Of a DNA stretch of 64,000 bases, positions 47,521 through 57,666 are shown in pieces. The notes beneath the pieces are model-generated. The model made no database searches, was not told the DNA's origin, and saw nothing but the letters and a program-made list of their open reading frames with translations. The stretch comes from Candidatus Poribacteria bacterium. Lineage in GTDB: Bacteria > Poribacteria > WGA-4E > WGA-3G. The stretch lies in NCBI GenBank assembly GCA_965209095.1, contig OZ242381.1, positions 3,589,052-3,653,051 of the forward strand. The letters run 5' to 3'. Position numbers and translations under genes: made by a program. How positions within the stretch are numbered: position 1 is the first letter of the stretch; each line of letters begins with the position of its first letter.

Positions 47521-50043
47521 ATGAAAACACTTATGGCAAAGAGGAACCAGCACTATAAAAGCGAAAAGACTGTGCGATTTTACCGCATTGCCAAACATTT
47601 CGGGGCATTCGTCCTGTTGACTTTGCTTCTGATCGTAGGTGGCAAAGTCCGCCTGCAAGGCATCCCAAACATTCCTCCTGGTCAGTTTGCTTCCAACGAT
47701 GCATTTCTCTATCTTTTGCAAGCACAAACAATTGTCGAGGATGGGACGTTACCGGAAGTAGAGATGCATCGCTGGGTTCCGCTCGGTAGAGATTTAAGAG
47801 AAACACTGAACGGTTACCCATACACTATTGCTTATACGTACAAGGTCCTAAAGATATTCTTTCCAGACATCACGATCTACCAGGTGTTGCTTTACGCGCC
47901 AACTGTCTGCTTTCTCATCGGTCTGGCGGTGTTGTGTCTTTTCCTCTATATCCGTTTCGGCTTTGGTGCTGCTGCCATCGTTGGGACGTTTCTGGTCATC
48001 ATGCCCGGTAGCATTGAACGGAGTGCCGCAGGATTCAGTGATAGAGACGGTTGGTGTTGGATGCTCGGTACCCTCGCCGTAACAACATATCTGTGGAAGG
48101 AAGACACAACAAGCAAACGGCTTAGATACCTTTGCACAGTCCTATCAGGTTTCTTTGTGTTCCTCGGCGGTTTAAGTTGGGAGGGGTTCGGTGGATTTGC
48201 CCTTGTGATCGTTATCGTTGAACTCTGGCGTTTTCTCACCACAGATGCTGAAGAACGTTTATTGGAATATGTGTTATGGGTGTTAATGTTTGTACCAACA
48301 CTTTACGTCCTTTCACCCGCTTATCACAGTGGCAGCGGGTTTACAACCCACGTCACAGCATTTTTACTGCTCCCATCTCTCATCATGCTACTGTTACGCA
48401 GTCTACGATATTTTCTGACACGCGGGCAACATGCTGTTTCAAAGTTTGTTGTTGAACAGATTTCTGCGCGTGCTGTCTCTCTTGTTTTTTGTGCAGTGTG
48501 TCTTCTCATCGGCATTGCGTATCTTGCACTTCAACGTGAAACGTTTGCACAAAGTATCGTGCCTTTCAGCGGTACCGATGTGATGGAAGATGTAGGTGAA
48601 CTTAAGACACCCCATGATATTTTCTGGTACGGTCGTTATGGACACGTGCTGCTTATTGCTTGTATAAGTCTCATTGTGGGATGTGTCAGGATTTGGGGTG
48701 CGAAAGCACTTATTCTCGCTTTCACACTTTTACTATTTACTGCTGCAACCTTTCTGCGTCAGTATTTATACTATATTCTGTCTCCTGCTATCTGTGAGTA
48801 TCTTTTCTACGGTGCAATCGCATTCACACCGATTGCTGCGTTGGGTATTGCTGCGCTTCGCAATCAACCGATCAAGCATGAACGGATTTACGTCGCTTTT
48901 GCGTTCTGGCTGCTCTTTTGGCTTGGTCTTGCCCGGGATGCACTCCGCTACGATTTCTTTATCGGAGTGCCACTTGCATGTTTCGCAGCCATCGCTATAC
49001 AGACAACCGCGGCGGACACTACACGCCGTATCACAGAGAAAATAGGAGATAAATGGAAAAAATATAACACAACAGTCCATCCATTGACAAAGACTGTTAT
49101 AACCACCGCAGCCATCCTTCTTATATTGTTTTGGGAACCTCCAGGTAACAAACCGCTACCAGCACTCGCCACAAGAGGTTTCAATACACATATCCAACCT
49201 GAACAGGTCTTCCCCGGAAAAAATACACCCATGGCAAACGCCTGTCAATGGATCCGCAAAAATCTTTCAACAGAAAAGGTTGTTGCGGCACCTTGGAGTT
49301 ACGGACACATGCTTAACGTCCTCGGTGGTGTCAAAACCGTCATCGGTCCGGACCATTTCATTTTACATTGGATAGACCTTTATGAAAAACATGTTTTAGC
49401 TGCAACCTCCGAACACGAAGCGTTAGAGTTTCTCAAAACACACCACGTAACCCATCTGTTATTATCAGAAAACGATGTCTTTCATAATGCCTTGCAACCG
49501 ATACACGTTGACGAAGTCCCGGAGCATGCGCCATATATGGTCCCGCTTGTACCACGTTCACCGTTCGGCAGTGCACACTACCGTATGGTCCCAGTACACA
49601 AAAACACACCTATCAAATTTGTTGAGATTGACTTCCATCGCAATCCTGTAACTGCCACTGCACGCCTAAAAAACGGCGAAACAGTCCATCTTCCATACTA
49701 TAAATACGATAGCTCAGAAGAATCGCCCCATACAGACCGGACACATGAGCAACATACTGTCGAGGCTCACCCTGTGGAATCCAATGACAGAAACGGCGGC
49801 ATCCTCCACCTATTCGACGCAAAAACGCACCAAGAAGCCATTCACTACCTTTCTCCACGTAGTTGGAACAGTCTCGCTGTTAGATTATTCCTTCGCGATG
49901 AACACAGTGAGGCGTTTGTTCCTGCATATCCAGGACAAGATAGTGCATCTACTAAAGTAAAAATATGGGAATTACATTATCCACCTGACATAAAAGAAAA
50001 TCTGGAATATCTTGCAAAGTTCCCAAAAAAGAAAGAGAAATGA
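47521..50043 (+). CDS. STT3/AglB/PglB-like oligosaccharyltransferase with divergent WWD motif
   Basis: NDAFLY, ERSAAGFSDRD, DVGE, about 13 TM helices, VVAAPWSYGHML at the WWDYG position. Confidence 0.8.
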   Translation: MKTLMAKRNQHYKSEKTVRFYRIAKHFGAFVLLTLLLIVGGKVRLQGIPNIPPGQFASNDAFLYLLQAQTIVEDGTLPEVEMHRWVPLGRDLRETLNGYPYTIAYTYKVLKIFFPDITIYQVLLYAPTVCFLIGLAVLCLFLYIRFGFGAAAIVGTFLVIMPGSIERSAAGFSDRDGWCWMLGTLAVTTYLWKEDTTSKRLRYLCTVLSGFFVFLGGLSWEGFGGFALVIVIVELWRFLTTDAEERLLEYVLWVLMFVPTLYVLSPAYHSGSGFTTHVTAFLLLPSLIMLLLRSLRYFLTRGQHAVSKFVVEQISARAVSLVFCAVCLLIGIAYLALQRETFAQSIVPFSGTDVMEDVGELKTPHDIFWYGRYGHVLLIACISLIVGCVRIWGAKALILAFTLLLFTAATFLRQYLYYILSPAICEYLFYGAIAFTPIAALGIAALRNQPIKHERIYVAFAFWLLFWLGLARDALRYDFFIGVPLACFAAIAIQTTAADTTRRITEKIGDKWKKYNTTVHPLTKTVITTAAILLILFWEPPGNKPLPALATRGFNTHIQPEQVFPGKNTPMANACQWIRKNLSTEKVVAAPWSYGHMLNVLGGVKTVIGPDHFILHWIDLYEKHVLAATSEHEALEFLKTHHVTHLLLSENDVFHNALQPIHVDEVPEHAPYMVPLVPRSPFGSAHYRMVPVHKNTPIKFVEIDFHRNPVTATARLKNGETVHLPYYKYDSSEESPHTDRTHEQHTVEAHPVESNDRNGGILHLFDAKTHQEAIHYLSPRSWNSLAVRLFLRDEHSEAFVPAYPGQDSASTKVKIWELHYPPDIKENLEYLAKFPKKKEK

Positions 50044-50542
50044 AAATGAAACGTCCTTTGAAACGCGTTTTTATTGTCGGTGCCGTCCTGTTTTTCTGTC
50101 TTGTACTCACGCACGCAACGTGGCAACGTTTTCAGAAGCACACGCCCAAAAAGGTCTATGTGGTACCCGAAATTGAACACAAAAAATCTGTTAAGAAAAA
50201 TGAAAACTTTACGCACATCTTAAACCGAAACCCGTTGACCAAAAAGAACTTTTTTATAGCACAATTATTGAGAACAATATCTTTGCACCATTGGGGTGGA
50301 AACCGAAAAAACCTACACCTATCTATCGCCTAATCGGGACCCGTATACCGATAGGACAGGAAATCAAGGCAACTGCTATCTTACAAGAAACATCGGGAAA
50401 GTCAGTGTTAAGGGTTGTATCTATTGGCACACAACTTGGCGAAGACACCTTTGTTGTTGATATCCAACCAAAACAGGTAGTCCTTAAAAAAGGGAATCTC
50501 CGAACACCTATCCGAATGAAAACAATGCCATTCCTAAAATAA
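50040..50542 (+). pseudogene. GspC-like (type II secretion C N-terminal-like) gene split by a -1 frameshift
   Basis: Frame 1 gives the TM anchor. The -1 frame is open from 50204 and reads KELFYSTIIENNIFAPLGW...YRLIGT...VVDIQPKQVVL. Confidence 0.6.
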
Positions 50543-50547
50543 TAACT

Positions 50548-51135
50548 ATGACCGCCAACATCATCACACTCACACGTATTGCTCTCACATTCACTCTCAT
50601 CGCACTCTTCGGAAAAAACAGGTCCATAGACATCGCAGCCATCGCCATAATTCCACTCATTTTCGGGCTCGATGCTGTAGACGGGTATATCGCACGAAAA
50701 TATAATCAGACAAATGCACTCGGGGCAGTTTTGGATATTGCAGCAGACAGGATCATTGAAAATGTTTTTTGGATATACTTTGCTACACACCAAGTCATAC
50801 ACGTCTGGATGCCCATCGCTGTCCTCACACGCGGAATCATCACAGATACAATACGAAGCTTCGCTCTTAAAGATGGGGACACACCCTTTGAAATGAACAC
50901 ATGCACATGGGCACGTGCAATCACAAGTTCCCGAATCTCGCGATTGGTCTCTGGCGTATCAAAGATGGGTGCATGCTTCGCAATGGCAGTCTCACTCACT
51001 CTCAAAACGCATCAGATACACACAACAACACAAATTCTCGCTACCCTTGCAGTTGCCATCTGTATCATTCGCGGGATACCAGTATTGATTGAAGGCAGAA
51101 AATACGTCACTGCTACGTTTCTCGAGCAACAGTGA
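50548..51135 (+). CDS. CDP-alcohol phosphatidyltransferase family protein
   Basis: ANIITLTR, DAVDGYIARKYNQTNALGAVLDIAAD signature. Confidence 0.9.
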   Translation: MTANIITLTRIALTFTLIALFGKNRSIDIAAIAIIPLIFGLDAVDGYIARKYNQTNALGAVLDIAADRIIENVFWIYFATHQVIHVWMPIAVLTRGIITDTIRSFALKDGDTPFEMNTCTWARAITSSRISRLVSGVSKMGACFAMAVSLTLKTHQIHTTTQILATLAVAICIIRGIPVLIEGRKYVTATFLEQQ

Positions 51136-51217
51136 AAACACAGAAAAAGCAGTAACACCCCTTATACCAAATTAACTTGATTAGAAGTTTTTTGCTAAAG
51201 TTAGCATTGCAAGGCAC

Positions 51218-51253
51218 CAAATCAACGGTATGAATGCCATTTAGGCATTCCCC
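51218..51253. mobile_element. 36-bp YAAATCAACG hairpin element
   Basis: Removal restores GGCAC|GGAGACCTCGCGCTAC, similar to GGCACAGAGACCCCGCCCTAC near 10118; stem GAATGCC/GGCATTC. Confidence 0.8.
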
Positions 51254-51281
51254 GGAGACCTCGCGCTACAAATCGGGTTAA

Positions 51282-53201
51282 TTACGCATTTCTAAAGTCT
51301 ATCACTGTTTGCCGATATTCTTCGGGTAGACCGATATCAAACCTTCGTCCTTTTACAACATATCCAGAGAAACCATCTGCCTTCCGCAAATCGTCTAAAC
51401 AAGATGTGAGTTGAAATTCACCGCGTTCACGGAAGTTGTGTTCTATGTTCTGCTCAAGGAAACCGAAAACCTGCGGTTCAATTACATATATTCCGAATAC
51501 TGTGAGGAAACTATCATCATCCATACCATCTACATGTAAGTGTTCCCTTGCGTATTCAGGATCAGGTTTTTCATAGAACTCAGTTACCGATAGCATTGAT
51601 GCTTCTTCACTCCATACACCTGTAACACACCCAAAATTAGACAGTTCATCTATCGGTGTCTCCTTTAGTCCAACAACACTATGCCCTACCCGTTCATAAG
51701 CATCTAAGACCTGTTTTGTACAAGAATATGCTTCATCGGAGGCGTAAAGGTGATCTCCTAACATTAACAAGAACGGTTCCCCGTTGACCCAATCCTTAGC
51801 ACAGTAAACGGCGTGTCCGAAACCTTCCTGAACATCCTGTGTGACAAACGATATACGACTTCCCAATTCGGTTAGATAGTCACAGTATGTCTTATTTTCC
51901 TTGCTCAGTTTGTTATAGTGTTCAATACGAGGCGGTGTTTTAAAATAAGATTCAAACAGCTCAATATCTCTGCTTTGAACGATTAGACATACTTCCTCAA
52001 TACCTGCATTGACTGCTTCTTCAACAATCGCCATGATGGCTGGCTTAGCACGCCCTGTCCGGTCTATAACCGGAAATAACTCTTTTTTCATCGCTTTTGA
52101 TGCGGGGAAAAGGCGAGTACCAAATCCAGCTGCAGGGATAACCGCTTTACGCACATGCTTACTTGCTTCAATGACAAGTTTTAGGCAGGACATCTGCAGA
52201 TCACGTTCTATTATTTCAATTACCTTTCGCTGGCTCTCTTCATCTTTTACGATAAATTGTGCAGAACCATCACCTTGGGAACCGACCCCTTTACCACCCC
52301 AAATATAGGGTTGTATCGGTTCATAGTTGAGTACCTTATGAAGGACAGGGGCTGTTAATTGTGAGGGACAAGCGGGAATCAAGTGCTCATCAAACGCATG
52401 TTGTGCACGGGACATTAACCTACCGACAGCCTCTGCATTTCCAAGTCTCAGTGCCTCATGGGCAGATTGTGTAATTTCTTTACTCAAGGGACCGAGAAAA
52501 TGCTGGACTTTATTTTGTAGTTCATTTTCAGCGAAAGGGTAACAGTCATTCAACTGATTAAGTATCAGACGTGTATCTTTTCCAACTCCCAAGTCAACAA
52601 TCACCATGTATAGGTTTGATGGCACACTGAATTCTCTGACATCAATATTATCCCCATCAAAAACCATTAAGATAGGATGTTGATAAGCACATCCCTGGTC
52701 CATCCTACCACAACGCGAAGGTGTCTTGATCTCACCTTGATAAGCATACTCCATTTCATCGCGAGTTGTCATTTTTAAGTCGTAAATTCGATTAAATGCT
52801 CGTGCAACTAAAACGCAGATTGCCGCACTGGAGGATAGTCCTTTTTTCACTGGTAAATCTGTTAGGTAGTTGTCAATTTCTAACCCTTGGACGCGATAAT
52901 TCGTAAGAATTTGATATGCAACCCCCGCAGCATAACTGAAAAAACTACCTTTTTCAGCTTCCTCAAGTAAAGCAGCGGGTTCCATGGGTAATGTAAATGG
53001 ACCGTGACGTATCCCATCGCTCAGACTGGTTTTCAAAATAAGACTTGTTGGGTGCGGTTGTATTTCGGCATAGACTCCTTGGTTCGTGCTTGTGATGAGG
53101 GTATATCCTTTTTCAAGTTCAGCATTTGTCCGTCTATGCCCACCCGCCCAATCGCTGTGTTCTCCGAAGAGACATATACGTCCTGGAACAAAAAGTTTCA
53201 T
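51282..53201 (-). CDS. Bifunctional GHMP-family sugar kinase / UTP-sugar-1-phosphate uridylyltransferase
   Basis: PGRICLFGEHSD and PVKKGLSSSAA, then KAVIPAAGFGTRLFPASKAMKKELFP and GFGHAV. Confidence 0.88.
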   Translation of the reverse strand: MKLFVPGRICLFGEHSDWAGGHRRTNAELEKGYTLITSTNQGVYAEIQPHPTSLILKTSLSDGIRHGPFTLPMEPAALLEEAEKGSFFSYAAGVAYQILTNYRVQGLEIDNYLTDLPVKKGLSSSAAICVLVARAFNRIYDLKMTTRDEMEYAYQGEIKTPSRCGRMDQGCAYQHPILMVFDGDNIDVREFSVPSNLYMVIVDLGVGKDTRLILNQLNDCYPFAENELQNKVQHFLGPLSKEITQSAHEALRLGNAEAVGRLMSRAQHAFDEHLIPACPSQLTAPVLHKVLNYEPIQPYIWGGKGVGSQGDGSAQFIVKDEESQRKVIEIIERDLQMSCLKLVIEASKHVRKAVIPAAGFGTRLFPASKAMKKELFPVIDRTGRAKPAIMAIVEEAVNAGIEEVCLIVQSRDIELFESYFKTPPRIEHYNKLSKENKTYCDYLTELGSRISFVTQDVQEGFGHAVYCAKDWVNGEPFLLMLGDHLYASDEAYSCTKQVLDAYERVGHSVVGLKETPIDELSNFGCVTGVWSEEASMLSVTEFYEKPDPEYAREHLHVDGMDDDSFLTVFGIYVIEPQVFGFLEQNIEHNFRERGEFQLTSCLDDLRKADGFSGYVVKGRRFDIGLPEEYRQTVIDFRNA

Positions 53202-53328
53202 TGTGCGTCCTTATTTAATTTAATGTGAGATGATGTTAAAGTTTTCCAATGTATATTATATTATGAATATGTGCTATGGTCAAGATGACTTTAAATCTGA
53301 TTATTTTTATGCAATTCTCCCGTAGGTC

Positions 53329-53364
53329 CAAATCAACGGTATGAATGCGCGTATGGCATTCACC
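53329..53364. mobile_element. 36-bp YAAATCAACG hairpin element
   Basis: Removal restores the GTAGGTC|GGGTAGAGGAACGAAACCCGAC hairpin; an uninterrupted inverse relative is at about 53965-53993. Confidence 0.85.
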
Positions 53365-53429
53365 GGGTAGAGGAACGAAACCCGACATGATAACCACAAG
53401 CAATTTGCCCAGTTACTTTTCATTAGATT

Positions 53430-53615
53430 AACGCAAGTTGCTACCTAAACAATATAATCTCCTACTAAGAGCGTTCAGAATTTTGCACATACCGCTCCGC
53501 TGGAGCGGAAGAATGAAACGATGTGCGTGCTATAAACATATCGCTCCGCTGGAGCGAAAGATTGGATATCACGAGTAGAATGGCTGAAACTGTGCAATAG
53601 GTAGCAACTTGGGTT
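53430..53615. mobile_element. 186-bp MITE (AACCCAAGTTGC-type TIR)
   Basis: 5-bp TSD AGATT; homologous to 12349-12535. Confidence 0.85.
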
Positions 53616-53618
53616 AGA

Positions 53619-53873
53619 TTACTCCATTAATCCCTTGATTAGCCATTTCACAATTAGGAAGATAAACCAATATACGACTAACGCTAACCATGTGCTTACA
53701 AAGCCTATGAAACCAACGATACATGGAATAACTAACCAGTCGAATGGGAAATCAAAACCGTACTCATGTAAGTTGTTCCATCCAATCATAAAGCAGATAA
53801 CTGCAATTATTATAGAGATTATCCATGTCAATCTAATCGTGAATTTACGCCAATTCAAATTGCGGATGTTCAT
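53619..53873 (-). CDS. Small hypothetical membrane protein
   Basis: Two hydrophobic helices; start uncertain. Confidence 0.55.
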   Translation of the reverse strand: MNIRNLNWRKFTIRLTWIISIIIAVICFMIGWNNLHEYGFDFPFDWLVIPCIVGFIGFVSTWLALVVYWFIFLIVKWLIKGLME

Positions 53874-54036
53874 AAAGATATCAGGGGCGGTTGCATGCCC
53901 ATTCCTCACTTATAAAGGTTAGTAGGGTTTCATGTGTCTTATCTTCCATGCTCTGTCACGCAACATGTCGGGTTTCATTCCTCTACCTGTCCTGCGAAGA
54001 ATCGTATAATATGATATGATATATAGATGACAACGA

Positions 54037-56370
54037 CTAAGGTTTTGTCATTCTTGCCCACTTGCACCGATCTACCCAAACTTGTGCCTCATGCGCATCT
54101 CCTAATGAAAGTGACTTATCTGCAGCAATATCAGAAAATATCCTTTCTGCTATTGCATAGTCATTCTTACGATAAGCATTCACACCTAACATCCTCAGTG
54201 TAGTTATACGAATCTTATGTGGCATTTTATCTGTATCCTTTACGTCCCCTAAATTTCTCGCATGATGTAGGTATTGTGAGCTGAGTTCCCATTCACTTTC
54301 CTGATGCAGTAATTCCCCTGCTGAATAATAGGTCAACCAACTATGCGGTTCAGTATTTATAATCCGTAATAGTAGAGACATTTTAGATCCGTTATAAGTG
54401 CGACCAAGACTATCATTACGAATAAGTACCCTTCGCAACCAATTTTTGGATTCAGGTGAAAAACTTGAGGATAGTGCTGCAATGCGTAACATCAACCTTT
54501 GTTCAATTGATGCGCGTATCGCAAACTTAGAAGCATCATTATATCTCGTCAAGGCTTCTTCAGTATCCCCTTGAAGCCAATAGATATCTCCAAGCAACTG
54601 TGCTGCTTCTGCTCTGAAGTGTGAATTCTTGTCAGAAATGATTCGCTTTGCTATTGAAATTGTAGATTGAAAATTGCCAGTATGATAAGTGCTATACATT
54701 AATCCTCGTGCGTTTCTCGTATTCTCAGGTTCATAAGATAACAATTTTTGGAATGATTCAACAGCAGTTGTATAATCTTGACGATAATATGCAGTCCAAG
54801 CGTCATTTCGTAATGATGCCATTTCGTGCGCGCACACTTGTTCAAAGATTCCGCCACGTTTTAGTCGTTGTGTAGCATATGTTAATTCATCTTCTCTTAG
54901 TAGCACTTCATTTTTTAGATATAAACGCCATTCTCCCTCCAAACCACGTAGATCCTTTCCGTAGATTTTTGACAAATTTCCAATTGGAAATGCCTGTTTA
55001 CACTTTTCGATTCCGTATTTATCAATCAGGAAACGGACATAAGAACCTGCCATCAAGTAACTGCGTGATCCGGCATGTTTCCAGAAGCCGAGACTCATCA
55101 CACTTGAGAGTGGTGGCGCGACATTTAATTCTTGCATAGCCTTTGCCCATTGATGGACGGTTAATTTATCTTCCTCCCAATCCGCAGCGACAGCGACTCC
55201 TTCATGCATCCCAACATTTAGACTAACTTTCCAAGGTGACCAATCAGCAGTCAGGACATGTGCAAGTTCATGTTTTAGGACTGGATGGGGGAAACCCAGT
55301 GAATGAACATGAAAGCCGTAGCCAAAAGGGTCTTCAACGAATGTATCTCCAGCACCTATCAGTCGTTTTTTCTGTTCAGGTGAAGCATATAAGTATACAC
55401 GAACCTTACGCGAACTTTCTGTTTGCAAATACTCTGACAACTGATCATAACGGAATTCACAGTCGTCTGCAAATAAGTCAATTTCGTTTTCAAGTTCTCT
55501 GGCATAGTATAACTCAAAGTGCTCAGTTTCCTTATACCCCCCTAAAGTTTCAGCAATGTCTTGACGGGAGGGACGAATTCCTAACTTTCCAGAATAGAGT
55601 TCAATGCCTATTATTGCTAGGACCATCAAAGGGACAGCAGTGACACGCAGAAGTGAGAATTGTGAAGATGATTTGATAAGTCTACGCCATCTCATTTTGG
55701 GGATCAGGGCAGTTGTTCTATTTACTTCGCATGTAAAAACTGGAATAGTCATAAAGACTAATCCCCATAATATAGTCTCTGTCCGTGAAATCAGTAGTGT
55801 CGGTGTGATTGAGATTACGAAATCATAAATCGGACCCGGAAAATAACCGAGTATTGGGTGAAATGCAAATACTGGTGGATGAAAAATAAGGTTTGTAATT
55901 GTTGGAACACACGACACAATTAGGAAAATCAGATATACTAAGTAAGCGAGCCAACGTCTTCGTATCCATAAATTGAAAAATATGCCTGCAGCAGTTACTG
56001 TAAAACAACTGAAGGTTGGCAATATTAAGTAGAAAAGAAATCCCTCTATGAGATTGCAATTTTTGATGCGGAGTGTGTTTGCCAGAATAATAATCAGTGG
56101 GATCAATAGTAGTATGCCGTTTGATATAAGTGCCCGATAGAGACATCTCAGGATTACGTTGTGTGATGATCCAGCGAGTTTATCCGGGTCCTTTTTCATC
56201 ACATGGAATTCGGTCATTGCTACATGAGCCCCAGCGAATGCGATGAAAAGCGTAATTACAGCACAAAACTCAAAGGCAAGGAGATTAAATAGAGGTACTG
56301 TGGCAAGCACCAATGACAAAACACCGATTGTTAAAATCCACAACCCATAAGAAAATGTTCTGTATATCAT
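54037..56370 (-). CDS. Polytopic membrane protein with gluzincin-like HExxH domain and TPR repeats
   Basis: About 7 TM helices, then VLKHELAHVL...MHEGVAV and C-terminal TPRs. Confidence 0.75.
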   Translation of the reverse strand: MIYRTFSYGLWILTIGVLSLVLATVPLFNLLAFEFCAVITLFIAFAGAHVAMTEFHVMKKDPDKLAGSSHNVILRCLYRALISNGILLLIPLIIILANTLRIKNCNLIEGFLFYLILPTFSCFTVTAAGIFFNLWIRRRWLAYLVYLIFLIVSCVPTITNLIFHPPVFAFHPILGYFPGPIYDFVISITPTLLISRTETILWGLVFMTIPVFTCEVNRTTALIPKMRWRRLIKSSSQFSLLRVTAVPLMVLAIIGIELYSGKLGIRPSRQDIAETLGGYKETEHFELYYARELENEIDLFADDCEFRYDQLSEYLQTESSRKVRVYLYASPEQKKRLIGAGDTFVEDPFGYGFHVHSLGFPHPVLKHELAHVLTADWSPWKVSLNVGMHEGVAVAADWEEDKLTVHQWAKAMQELNVAPPLSSVMSLGFWKHAGSRSYLMAGSYVRFLIDKYGIEKCKQAFPIGNLSKIYGKDLRGLEGEWRLYLKNEVLLREDELTYATQRLKRGGIFEQVCAHEMASLRNDAWTAYYRQDYTTAVESFQKLLSYEPENTRNARGLMYSTYHTGNFQSTISIAKRIISDKNSHFRAEAAQLLGDIYWLQGDTEEALTRYNDASKFAIRASIEQRLMLRIAALSSSFSPESKNWLRRVLIRNDSLGRTYNGSKMSLLLRIINTEPHSWLTYYSAGELLHQESEWELSSQYLHHARNLGDVKDTDKMPHKIRITTLRMLGVNAYRKNDYAIAERIFSDIAADKSLSLGDAHEAQVWVDRCKWARMTKP

Positions 56371-56515
56371 AGGAATTTTAGGTGGTTATTGCCCCATTGA
56401 TGTAAGGACTGTGTATATTGTGATATTGATGATTACTACGGATCAAATCAACTTATGTTAGAATTAACAATTCTATATGAATCATCATAAGTCTGTCAAT
56501 TGAAATTCAAATCTG

Positions 56516-56552
56516 GGGTGTGTAAAGTTTTTGGCACTAACTTTACATACCC
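56516..56552. mobile_element. 37-bp minimal member of the GGGTGTGTAAAG family
   Basis: GGGTGTGTAAAGTT...AACTTTACATACCC with perfect 9-bp TSD TCAAATCTG. Confidence 0.85.
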
Positions 56553-57489
56553 TCAAATCTGTCCAAAACAAATGACACGATTTATAATTGTTAATCCGAT
56601 ATAGTATAGACTTTGTTTATTTCTCATAAATTCATTGATTCTTTGTGTCTTTGAAATCGTACCGTATTGTGCGTTTTTTCGGATTACGGTACGGTTTTGG
56701 TGCGGTTTTTCGTACCGGGTTGTGAGTCCAGTCTGTGTATGGGTTTGTGATTGATTTTTTGTGCGAATTTCTGGCAAATTCAATTTTTTAAAACGGTACG
56801 TTTTGTGATTTAAGTTTTTGGTGTTTTGAAATGTATTATTCATAGTATAGGTAGATAGCATCACAACCAATGTGATGAACGTATCATTTATAGAGTCAGT
56901 TTGTGTAGTTCTTTTTACGTATTGTGTTAACATTGCATTTCACCTACGGGATTTGATTTTATGCGATAAGAACTGCAACTGGGCAGCAAAAAGTGGACAA
57001 AACGTGGAATGCAAAACCCAAATTGGCTTGACAAGTTCCAGTTTTACAGACTGGTATTTTCGCAACAAAGGCATGGATTGACCAATTGCTGAGATGCTGC
57101 GTTTTCTCAGAAACTTCCATGACTCTATGAGATTTTAGATGACATATTCGTACGGGTATGTCCGTAATATCACATGGATCCTGTTGTAATTGTATTTTAA
57201 ACCCCCATTCAAAAGAAATTACAATTGGGATTTTAATGTTAATCAGTTTATGACGAGACTGATTTGCATTTATGTGAAAGTTTTTTGGACATTAGATTAG
57301 GTTCCGTTGCTGTCATCAGTCAACGGTGGACCTCCCGCGACTTCGTGAGAATTTTTGCGATGTTTTTCGTGTTATTTTTACCATTCTATAGATAATTATC
57401 TCATTTAGGATTGCAATTCTTCGGGACACAAACTATGAAGTTTGTGCTACAAAAATGATCTATTATATATTAGAAATAGTATTATTGCG

Positions 57490-57660
57490 TCTCTGTTGGT
57501 TTCGCGCTCCGAAGAGACTGCCCACGACTTTTTGTCAAGTTTTCGAGCGACAGTTTCGGTTGTAAATTTGCGTTCCCGTGTTGTCGCTTCTTCAGGGAAC
57601 TGCGCCGCCTCTTAGAGTTTCTAAACTTGCGTAGCCGATTTGGGCTTGCATTCTAAACAC
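57490..57660 (-). ncRNA. Candidate structured ncRNA or leader, unassigned family
   Basis: Directly downstream of a perfect promoter; hand-folds into a long interrupted rod plus a 3' hairpin; no family match recognised. Confidence 0.45.
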
Positions 57661-57666
57661 GTGTTA

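Noticed and set aside
18750-53364. 36-bp hairpin elements as CRISPR repeats
   Set aside because: Length and stem are CRISPR-like, but copies are single, dispersed, divergent and lack spacers or a leader.
56444-56479. CAAATCAAC followed by a TAGAATT/AATTCTA stem as a divergent micro-element
   Set aside because: Different stem, no CGGR junction and no empty site to compare; left unresolved.
56553-57081. ORFs 56553..56933 (-) and 56872..57081 (+)
   Set aside because: No RBS or domain; they span low-complexity repeats.
57490-57660. Assignment to lysine, c-di-GMP-I or T-box riboswitch, SRP or 6S RNA
   Set aside because: Only short fragments match; the core motifs and the symmetric central bubble are absent.
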